A DNA stretch of 53,478 nucleotides, filler included, from Jimgerdemannia flammicorona (taxonomy: Eukaryota): NCBI GenBank assembly GCA_003990765.1. It is 3 parts of 3 records of this genome, joined end to end, with 100 filler letters (N's around TTAATTAATTAA, not from the genome) between each part and the next. Parts side by side here need not be neighbours in the genome. Positions count along the whole stretch, not along the records: positions 17,863 to 35,623 come from RBNJ01002420.1; 2 more parts are not named here. One strand, written 5' to 3'. Position 1 is the stretch's first letter. Every line of letters begins with the position of its first letter. Position numbers and translations under genes: made by a program. This document shows positions 22,514 through 33,039 of the stretch, one piece after another. The notes beneath the pieces are model-generated. The model was not told the origin of the DNA. It made no database searches and was given only the letters and a program-made list of their open reading frames with translations.

Positions 22514-25500
22514 ACAAGACTAATCTAAGTTGATTCAAATCCATCATGATGAACCTGAATCAAATCTCATCCGGATCAACTCCACTCATTCAGAACACTA
22601 CAGACCACTAGTCCCAGCTTCTTCAATAACTCTATAAACTTAGGCAGTACTATCTCAAATAAGTCTGCCTCCAACAAATCTCCTCTACTTCTCTCTTAGT
22701 ATCTGCTGAGTCACTCCTTGTAGTCAAGCTACTACTATCTTAGTAACTAGCTTCCTATCTATATTCAGGAGTATAATTGGCCTCTAGTTCTTCCAATCCT
22801 CTCTTCTGCTCTTATCCTTATATAACAGGACTACCAAACCAAGGTCTTATCCTTTAATCTAGACTTCAGTTATAAGAATAGAGTCACAGAGTACCACCAT
22901 CTCTCTTAATACTCCAGGGATCCTTACCATCTTCTTCCAGAAGTCCTAAGGCAGTCTATTCTTCCCATGTACTATACTAGACTTTGTAGCCACTAGAATT
23001 TTCTAAATCTTCTCCTCTTAGACTGGTAGGATCAAATCCCAAGGCCTTCTATTAGTGATGACTGCCAATTCTCCAAGATCTCTTCAATACCTGCAGCATC
23101 TATACCTCCCTCTCTCTCATTCTATGGACTACTCTATCTCTCCTTCAGAGACCTCAGAATCTGATATATGCCATATACAAGTGAGCTCTCAGTATCCAAA
23201 ATCCCCTCTCATCTTTGTCTCACCCTTTTTATCTGAAGGAGCCTTATTAGATACTATGAAGGTCTTTCCCTCTCTTCAAGTCTCTGCCATCTCAGCCAGA
23301 CAGTCATACTCTTTATATGCATCTCCTCCTCCTCCCTTAGCACCTGCTACATCTCTACTATCTCAAGTTTGACTTATACCAATCTCCAGTTCTGCACTTC
23401 CTCTAAGTCTAATAATTTAGCCCACTGTAGCTATAGTCATATCAATTTAATAGAAGTCCACCTCACTCTTTACTATTGCTAGATTCTAGCAAACCAGCCA
23501 GTATCTCTCCAGTAACTCCTTCAGTCTCATCTATCTAACTATAATCAATACTCACTCAAGAATCCAACTCACTATCTTCAACTGTATCTCTGCTACCCAG
23601 AGATTCCTCAGTATGCTCTCTATCAGTAGAGAGATATTAAGATACCAATATCCAAGCCTATCCCCACTCTCTCCAAACTGGCCTCTCTCTATCAAACCCT
23701 AGTAGTCTGACTAAGAGTACTACTCCACCTCTAATGATTTCCAAACATTCAACCCCTAATAGTCTGCTATCAGTATCTAGTCAATTCTTTTATCCAGACC
23801 ATTGACCCAATGAGTATATATCCTCTTCTCTCCCCACAGTATCCTTTCTGTATCCCCCAAGAAGCTAAGGCCCTCTACCTTCTCCCAGGTATCCAGGCCA
23901 CTACTTTTTCCTTTAGTACTCCTCTCTCTATCAGTCCTATTTATCTGAAGATTTCTGACCATATTTAAGTTATCTATCAGAATATTAACTCCATTCTTAA
24001 AAAGAATACCCTTCTCTAATAACTCATTAATCTACTACATTCACTCCTGACAGCAGAATAGTAGTAAGAGCCAATTACTACTAGTGCCCAGCTCAGCCAA
24101 ATCTATTTCTCCTATATCAACTGGTTACTCCAACTCCTGACTCTTCCTATATCTCCTCTGCCACTCCTCACCAGAATTGCCACCTTGTCCTTCCATACAG
24201 CAGTGCCCCCCCATTCTCTCATTCACTTTTCTTAGTTAATATTATCCTCACATTATATATCCTATAACAGAAAGAGATCAGCCTCCAATCTCTTTAGCAA
24301 ATTAAAAATATTATACCATCTCCCAGAGCCCTATAGCCCATTCACATTCAAAGAAAAAAAATGTTAGTTGTACTGTTCATTAGGAATAATGTTAAAGAAG
24401 AATGTTCTCTTCACAACTCAGCACTTATCTCCTCCCTTACTAGGTCTAATCTATACTCTGCAGTAATCTCTACATTCTCCATTCTTTTAGCCTCCAATAT
24501 AGCCAGAAGATCAGTCAGTTCCACATTCTCCTTTTCCTCAATTGAGTCTATACTCCTGATATGCTCTCTGCTAAAGTTGAAGGTCCTGCCTCTACTTCTA
24601 TCAAAAAGCTATCTGTTCCACTATTGCTGCTACCAGCTCTTTCTCTCTTATTTCATTAACCTCATATCCCTTCTCCTCTATAAAAGATGATCAATATCTC
24701 AACCTTAAGAGCCTCCACTATATCATCTCTATAGAGTACTCTCTTTCAATACTTCTCACTAATAACTTATAGATTGATATCTCTCAACTCCTCTACTACC
24801 AAGTTATTCATTATGGTACATTCACCATAAGTCCCCAATATCCTTACCTCTAGGAGTATCAGGTCTCTCCTTGCTCAGTATTGAAGTATCTATACTAGCA
24901 CTAGCAGATTCTTCTCACTTCTCCTCAAAGATATCAACCAACTCATCCTCCTTAGTTCCTATCATCTACCCCCCTATCTCTGCATCTGATACTCCAAACC
25001 AAACTCTGTGCATATCCCTCATCTCTACATCCTCACCAGCTTATACCCTCCCAGTGATAGCTAGCACTCTGCTCACCTTCTCCTTCTCTCAGACCTCCAG
25101 AATGCCATTAGTATATAGTGCCTAATCTCTAGCCACTCTACTTGTTTGATCACTGACTATCTTCTGCTTCCCTCTTCTACTGGCCCAAATACTTATCTAT
25201 AATCTCTTAGCAGTTTCTGATCTACCTAATCCTATGGCTGCTTTCTCTTTCATATTTACTAATAGCTTCCTCAATCTCTTCCTTCTCTGTGCCCTCTTGT
25301 AAGCACACAACCTCCAAGCCACTAAATTCACATGCGACCTCTGAACAAATCTGGAAATCACCTGCTTGATCACAAAGCTGAGTCAAACCAAAGTCACAGT
25401 GCACAAAGCTGAGTCAATATGAAGTCACAGAACACAAGGTTTATACAAACGGAATCTTACCAATCAGGACCAAATGCATATATACTAAGCACCAAGATGC

Positions 25501-25553
25501 ATCAAATCAGAGAACTAAAACAAACAACAACCACAACTTCCAAATACACAAAT

Positions 25554-26651
25554 ATGACCACTGAGATCTACAACTGTATCCATGCTGACATTTGGAATGC
25601 CATTGTCAACTGAGCCACACCCCCTCTGCCCCTCATGAATATCCATAGCCTGGCACCCCTCTACTTTATGGAAGCCCAATGGAATGCTCTGAACATACTT
25701 AGTGAGGCTTACTGAATTGGACAAATCTCAAGCTACTACCAGATTGGCCACCTCCTGGAAGACATGGTCGAATACCACCATGATACAGATATTACCCAGA
25801 TGTCTCAACACCAGAAGCTCATTGCCCGCAAACATCAAGAACTCTTCTATGAGTACAGTACCTTTATTCCCCACCTCTGAGTTACTACCAGCGAAATGGT
25901 TGCTACTCTATCCTATGGCCAAATCGATGACATGATACAAGAACTCAACCACAAGTACCTTGAGTATGTCGAAACCACAGACAGAACCTTCCTACACCCC
26001 AATGACCACATCCTGCAAATGCCTCAATTTGGATATGCTATGAAGGATATCTACGATATAATCTACTTCGATGAAGATGAAGCAGAAGACAATGATCCCT
26101 CTGATGCTGACATGACCTCTAGCCAAGGATCTCTGCCAACCCTGATCACTCCACCAACCTTGCTGATGAACTTATAGCAGTTCATAACTATATACGAGAC
26201 TTATTGGGACAATGACCACTGGCATGAATACCAATCCACCTTTATCCCTGATTACTTCAACTACAATGAAGAGACAAGAGAACACAACCTGTATCTCCAG
26301 ACAACCCTTGAGATTGAACCAACCACTCCACCACCCAAGTATGAGTGACACGAATCACAGCCACCAGTATACTATAACCCCACAACTCATAGTGCCATAA
26401 CCTATAAAAGATACATGGACAGTGAATCTGATGAAAGCGAAGACAACACACCTATCCTTTGCCCACTAACACCTTATCTAGCCTATGAGACAGACGACGC
26501 TATCCTGTGGGATGGAGATGAAGTCCCAATGTATTACTACCTCAGTGAATAAGGAGAAGTAATCTGCGAACCACTTTTCCTAGATGACTACTTCATCGGA
26601 GATAATGCAATCGATGGTGATGTCATCGAGGACTACCCAGATAGTGCCTAA
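25554..26651 (+). pseudogene. LTR-internal (U3) ORF, 365 codons, unknown acidic protein; 5' LTR copy
   Basis: A single frame from ATG to TAA with no frameshift. Six internal stops, four of which are sense codons in the other LTR. Confidence 0.8.
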
Positions 26652-26838
26652 ACCCATAAATAGTCTAGCAGTCATAGTATAGTTAGATTAGCCTTATGAC
26701 ATAACTGTGAACTGACTCAGTAGTCAGACAATCTCTTAACATGTCAGATCATACTTGTACGACGTGATTGCATTCCGACTCAGCAAGGCACTTAGTGCTA
26801 CATCCATATTTAGCATAGTCCAGATAGCCCCTCACTAG

Positions 26839-26967
26839 TATAAATACCCCCTCCCCCAGACCTCAGAATCTCAGACTCGAATACACAAGAACATTTCTGA
26901 ATACTTCCCCACAATATCTCATCACATAACTACTCCTAGTATAGCAATATCATGAATAGCAAATAAA
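26839..26967 (+). promoter_or_regulatory. Putative LTR TATA box (TATAAATA 26839-26846) and poly(A) signal (AATAAA 26962-26967)
   Basis: Both motifs are conserved in the 3' LTR (~30050 and ~30173), in the order expected for U3-R-U5. Confidence 0.6.
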
Positions 26968-27329
26968 CCTATTCGATAACCCACAAACCACTCTTAAGTA
27001 AATCCACTCTCTGTTAGGTCTCACTCCTAACTCCATCACAAAATTTTCTAATTGGGTATTGTCTGCAGCGATATGCCGATTCAACTAAGCTGGTCTTAGT
27101 TTCTTGAACTTCCTGAAATACAGAAAATCCTGAACATCCAGAACTAGTCTGAAAAAGGACTTTTGGTTGAGACATCAATCTGATCTTGAAATCAATAAGC
27201 GTAGAGGATGTACTCCATATGAAATTGATCTTGACCATAAGAAAACAGTCTTTCAGAGTATCCAGAACTTCTAGAAAACCCTTCCAGAACTATGTAATGG
27301 TTACCCTAAAAAGCAACCCTCTTACAACT

Positions 27330-27338
27330 TGGTAGCAG
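27330..27338 (+). other. Primer-binding site, probably for initiator tRNA-Met
   Basis: TGGTAGCAG lies 3 nt after the LTR end. TGGTAGC is complementary to the ...GCUACCA 3' end of eukaryotic tRNAiMet. Confidence 0.75.
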
Positions 27339-27929
27339 TGGTTTACAATCCAATTCCACTTCAAGATGCTTCCTCACCCCACTATAAACCTCTCTGTGAA
27401 TTCCTACAAGTTGGTATAAAGCCCTACCTCTGAACTGGAATTTATCCAAACCATCTGACAATCTGGAGAGAATTGAACCTAATGTACAAGGACAATTTGA
27501 CCTCCACACCTGTAACAAGTGGGACAAACTTCATTCAAAGAAAGAAATACTCCAGTTAAATCAGCAAATAGGCGAAACCCTATTCACCGAACTCCTTGCA
27601 CTACACCCAGCAAGTCAAGACGAAGAAGGTCTTATTGAAGCCTTCTTTACTCTTCTCAACAAGAGTTTTGTCAGCTCCACAAATCTGAGTGACCTAGGAC
27701 AACCAGCAGTAGTCTTTCTAGCCTTAGTTCCTCATGAAGCCCAAGCCTCTGTAGCCAAGTGGCTCAACTCTACCAACTTTCACCATACCAGGACCAAGAC
27801 CGCATTATACTACTGATTCCAGAACAGCAAGGCCTGCCATATTCTTAAAGAAGAAGCAAGAGAAACCCTTCATCAACTATCTGACCCTGAACCTGAAGCA
27901 GGCCCTGCTACAGTCCTACTTGAATCTGA

Positions 27930-28398
27930 AACCAACACTGCAGAGAAGAAACCTTTGATATTGGAGAAAAGGTTCTACTTGACATCAGAGGATACTGAGT
28001 TGACAACCTCAAGCATAGACCATCGACAAAGCTGAACAGTAAGTTCATTGGACCATTTGAAGTCATTGCATAAGTCTCTCTAACCTCCTACAAATTGGTG
28101 CTACCAGACACCATTAAGATTCACCCAGTCTTTAATGTTGAATGTCTCAAGCAATACAATGAGAATGATGATGAGTTTTTTCCAAACTGAACCACTGAAC
28201 CACTAGTACCTGTCATTATTAATGACCAAGAAGAGTACGAAGTTGAACAAATCCTCAACAAATGTGGCAACAAGAGCCACCCTGAGTACCTTGTCAAATG
28301 GAAAGGTTACCCAATCTATGATGCAACCTGGGAACCCAAGACCAATCTTCAGAATGCTACTGACCTAGTTCAGGAATATGATTCCTTGAACAACTAGA
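27930..28398 (+). pseudogene. Integrase C-terminal (GPF/SH3-like) region plus chromodomain remnant
   Basis: Translation: TFDIGEKVLL...KLNSKFIGPFEVI...YKLVLPDTIKIHPVFNVECLK...EEYEVEQILNK...EYLVKWKGYPIYDATWEPKTNL. Confidence 0.92.
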
Positions 28399-28525
28399 AC
28401 CAAAATACTCTGCACCTACTAACACATACTATATATTATCCTCCCAAAACATTATAATTATTGTGAACCAAACCAAGAACTCAGCAGAACAAAATTAGAA
28501 GGCCCCAATGAGGATGTTGAAAGCT

Positions 28526-28538
28526 AAGAAGGGGAGAG
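28526..28538 (+). other. Polypurine tract
   Basis: AAGAAGGGGAGAG immediately before the 3' LTR. Confidence 0.85.
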
Positions 28539-28539
28539 T

Positions 28540-30511
28540 TGTAAGTGCACAACCTCCAAGCCACTGAAATCACACACAACCTCTGAACAAATCTGGAAAT
28601 CATCTGCTTGATTACAAAGCTGAGTCAATATGAAGTCACAGAACACAAGGTTTATACAAATGGAATCTTATCAATTAGGACCAAATGCATATATACTGAG
28701 CACTAAGACACGTCAAATTAGAGAACCAAAACAAACAACAACCACAACTTCCAAACATACAAACATGACCACTGAGATCTACAACTGTATCCATGCTGAC
28801 ATTTGAAATGCCATTGTCAACCAAGCCACACCCTCTCTGCCCCTCATGAATATCCATAGCCTGGCACCACTCTACTTTATGGAAGCCCAATGAAATGCTC
28901 TGAACATGCTTAGTGAGGCCCACCAAATCGGACAAATCTCAAGCTACTATCAGATCGGCCGCCTCCTAGAAGACATGGTCGAATACCACCATGATACAGA
29001 CATTACCCAGATGTCTCAACATCAGAAGCTCATTGCCCACAAACATCAAAAACTCTTCTACAAGTACAGTACCTTTATTCTCCGCCTCTGAGTTACTACC
29101 AGCAAAATGGTTGCTACCCTATCCTATGGCCAAATCGACGACATGATACAAGAACTCAACCATAAGTACCTTGAGTATGTCAAAACCACAGACAGAACCT
29201 TCCCACACCCCAATGACCACATCCTGCAAATGCCTTAAGTTGGATATGCTATGAAGGATATCTACGATATAATCTACTTCGATGAAGACGAAGCAGAAGA
29301 CAATGATCCCTCTGATGCCGACATGACCTCTAGCCAAGGATCTCTGCCAACCCTGATCACTCCACCAATCTTGCCAATGAACTTACAACAGTTCATAACT
29401 GCATACGAGACTTATTGGGACAATGACCACTGGTATGAATACCAACCTGCCTTTACCTCCGATTACTTCAACTATAATGAAGAGACCAGAGAATACAACC
29501 TGTATCTCCAGACAACCCTTGAGATTGAACCAACCACTCCACCACCCGAGTATGAGTGACACGAATCACAGCTACCAGTATACTATAACTCCACAACTCA
29601 TAGTGCCATAACCTATAGAAGATATATGGACAGTGAATCTGATGAAAGCAAAGACAACACACCTATCCTTTGCCCACCAATACCTTATCCAGCCTATGAG
29701 ATAGACGACACTATCCTGTGGGATGGAGATAAAGTCCCAATGTATTACTACCTCAGTGAACAAGAAGAAGTAATCCACGAACCACTTTTTCTAGATAACT
29801 ACTCCATCAGAGATGATGCAATCGATGGTGATGTCATCGAGGACTACCCAGATAGTGCCTAAACCCATAAATAGCCTAGCAGTCATAGTATAGTTAGATT
29901 AGCCTTACAACGTGACTGTGAACTAACTCAGCAGTCAGACGATCTCTTGACATGTCAGATCATACTTGTATGACGTGACTGCATTCCAACTCAGCGAGAC
30001 ACTTAGTGCTACATCCATATTTAGCATAGTCTAGATAGCCCCTCACTAGTATAAATACCCCCTCTCCCAGACCTCAGAATCTCAGACTCGAACACACAAG
30101 AACATTCCTGAATACTTCCCTAAAATATCCCTTTACACAACTACTCCTAGTATAGCAATACTATGAATAGCAAATAAACCTATTTAATAACCCACAAACC
30201 ACCCTTAAGTAAATCCACTCCCTGTTAGGTCCCACTCCTAACCCCATCACGAAATTTCCTAATTGGGTATTGTCTGCAGCGATACGCCAATTCAACTAAG
30301 CTGGTCTTAGTTTCTTGAACATCCAGAACTAGTCCGAAAAAGGACTTTTGGTTGAGACGTCAACCTGATCTTGAAATCAATAAGCATAGAGGACGTACTC
30401 CATACAAAATTGATCTTGACCATAAGAAAACAGTCTTCCAGAGTATCCAGAACTTCCAGAAAACCCTTCCAGAACTACATAATGGTTACTCTAAAAAGCA
30501 ACCCTCTTACA
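28540..30511 (+). repeat. 3' LTR (1972 bp)
   Basis: TGTAAG...CTTACA, followed by the TSD CCTCT. Confidence 0.95.
28765..29862 (+). pseudogene. LTR-internal (U3) ORF, 365 codons; 3' LTR copy
   Basis: Track ORFs starting at 28906, 29251 and 29626 share one frame with the ATG at 28765. The 1098-nt length is identical to the 5' LTR copy. Confidence 0.8.
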
Positions 30512-31629
30512 CCTCTCCTACTGTCCTCTGTCTACCTAGATATGCTTTCTATCTACTATCTCCAAATATATCAAATCTATATAGGTCTTCCATATCTTTG
30601 CTTGATATTTTACTACTCTACTAAGTTTCTTTAGAGTCTTCAGTAGGTCCTCCTCCTCCTCCTCCTCACTCTCCTTTACTGTCAATACCTTACAGATAAA
30701 GGCTCTCTATAATATCACTAAAGACTAGTTTTGAGTCTTTTCAGTAGCCTCTCTCTCAGCCATGATCTCTTCAATTCTATGTCTCATCTCAACTGTTGTC
30801 ACCATAGGTACCCCTTTTACTAAGAGCTGGAATACTCTTGGGTCCCATCTCAAGTACTATATCATAGGTACTACTACTTCTCCAATAGTTAGGCCAGCCT
30901 TTAATACCTTTCTGTCTTCTCAATACCTACCTCTACTCTCTCTATATCTCTCAAAAACTTTACTGAAGCTGCTTCTACTATTTATTTCAATATCAGTCCT
31001 AATATCATCTTTGCTATCACAGCTAGCTTTTGAAAATATAAGATAGCAAACTTTAAGATTGACTTCTTGAGTAATAGGGCTATTACTAGACTTGTTACAT
31101 CATCAGTCAGATCTCACTACCTCTTTTGGACCCTCTGCCCAACCTCTCTATCAGCCATTATATCTCTTTTTTTTTCCAGATCTATTATTATACTACTATC
31201 AGCAGTTACTTCATTACTCTCAGCTATAGTACTTTCAGCATCTATGCTTGCTTCCCCAGACTGAGGGTCTCTCTCTCTCTCTATGCTAGCCTTGTCCTTT
31301 CTCTCAGCAGCACTAGCCCTAGCTCTAGCTAGTGATCCACTCTTCTTTACCTTATTCACAAAGCTTGGGGGCCCAAATCTGTCTCTATTTCCACCAAATA
31401 CTAGTCTCTCTCCAGAGCTCTCTCTACTTTTCACTTCTCTAAAAGCCTCTATTCTTAGGCCATAACCTCTCTCCACATACTGTCAGCCAAATACCCCAAG
31501 TCTATCTGACTCAGCTTGTATATTAGAACTCTTGTTTAATAATATTTTACTAGTATCTTTTCTCTGAGTTATATTGTAAAGTATTACTTAAAGTTAGTAT
31601 AATGTGAATTGTACTAGAGAAAGATATAT

Positions 31630-32420
31630 CTGACTAATTATAATTACTGATAATATAAAACTAATAGAATAGTTATTTATAAAGTTAATATTTTAAAATA
31701 ATAAATTAATAATAGTTCATATAAAAATAAATTAATAATTAGAGTTTTTTATTTTTTAACTTAAAATAAAGATATTTATTTTTAATCTATTAGTTAATAA
31801 GTATTAAGTTCTAATATAATAGATTTGTAACTTAAAAAATATATTTTTTAAATTATTTCTATCTTTAAAGTTAGTAATAAAATATACTTAATAATAATAA
31901 CTAAAAATATTATTACTAGACTATTAAAATATATAATACCAAAATATAAAATAATATATCTTAATATTTTATTATTAGAATACTCTTTTTTACTAAACTT
32001 TTCTGATTATTTTAATTTATTTATATAAGATTAGAGTATAAAATTTAGGCTATTAATTATAATATTAAGTTAAATTTAAACTATATATTATATTATATAT
32101 ATATATATATATTTTATTAATTAAAATCATTATAATTAAAAATATAAGTATTAAAGTAGGTAGTAATTATATATTATTATACTTTTAAGATAAATACATA
32201 CAACTACTAAATCTTTAAAAAAATATATTAATTTGTGATTTATAGTATATGTTATTTAATTAAAAAATATAAATAAATTAAATAATTATTATTTAATTTA
32301 AAAATATTTATTTATGATATCTTAAATATTATTAGAAATCTTTATTTATAAATGACAACTTTTAAAAGAGTAAACCTAACTAAATAAAAATATCAGAGTA
32401 TAAAATACATGTATGTATAA
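31630..32420. other. Extremely AT-rich block
   Basis: Almost devoid of C/G and rich in TA. Lies between the TE cluster and the CpG-retaining gene island. Confidence 0.85.
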
Positions 32421-33039
32421 TAAAATCGAATTGATTTAATAATACGTCATCGATTTGTAATGTTTCACAGAAGTCTGGCTACTACCGTATTTGGTCCGAT
32501 GTACGCCGCTGCCTAAAACACCACCACAAGGTCCGGCCTACTACCTTAAATAGAAAGCGACCAAAGAACAGGAGCCAAAAGAAACATAAACTCTCAGATA
32601 TTGAGGGGGCCGATGAAGGTAAATAGTTACCTTGAAACTGACTTGTTCTTTGCAAGTCTCTCGTGTGACAATGTATGCTATATGCACCAACTCAAACTTA
32701 CTGTTTCAACAGTCGCCAACCGGCAATCACCTACGCCAGGTGCGTATCACTTATACTAACAACTATATTGGTGTAGTCTGAGTGTTTGGTGCACTTTGGG
32801 AAACGATTGTGGCCTGTTTCTCCTAGTGGTCGTGATTTGACTTTGCCTTTGAGGGAGTCGAAAAGCATTCTGCAACTTGCCGTCTTTTATTCACAGCCCC
32901 TCTTAACTCACTTCTCTACGCACAGGACTGGAGGACGAGACCGGCGAATGACCCTGTGATAAAAAAGGCCAGAACGTCCAAAATAAGAGGTAAGCGAGCA
33001 ATCATTCGAATGGTTAGAGTATCAATTTCTATTCGGTAG

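Larger units (their letters stand above)
21560..22600. mobile_element. Unclassified interspersed repeat (possible DNA transposon end) with GATC-type subterminal array; second copy at ~44020-44854
   Basis: Collinear similarity over ~850 bp, e.g. AATAAAGTYAGCAGATCTCACYATAGAGCTGT and ACTAATCTAAGTTGATTCAAATC. Both copies end ...AGARCACTAC. Confidence 0.7.
25298..27326 (+). repeat. 5' LTR (2029 bp)
   Basis: TGTAAG start and CTTACA end. Collinear with 28540-30511 except for 31-bp and 26-bp indels. Confidence 0.95.
25298..30511 (+). mobile_element. Ty3/Gypsy chromovirus-like LTR retrotransposon, internally deleted (non-autonomous)
   Basis: Two ~2-kb direct repeats with TGTAAG...CTTACA termini, a 5-bp TSD CCTCT (25293-25297 and 30512-30516), PBS, PPT, an integrase C-terminus and a chromodomain. 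Confidence 0.95.
22601..31623 (-). mobile_element. Old, heavily decayed and deleted LINE copy F, split by the LTR element (22601-25297 and 30512-31623)
   Basis: 5' motif CTTTCTCTAGTACAATTCACATTATAC at 31623, ORF1 remnants (LEKKRDIMAD), the ORF2 start near 24380, and APE remnants (YTHWVNGLDKRID). Confidence 0.85.

Noticed and set aside
25298..30511. The ~2-kb direct repeat as a tandem host-gene duplication or misassembly
   Set aside because: TG...CA termini, 5-bp TSD, PBS, PPT and many transition differences show a genuine LTR pair.
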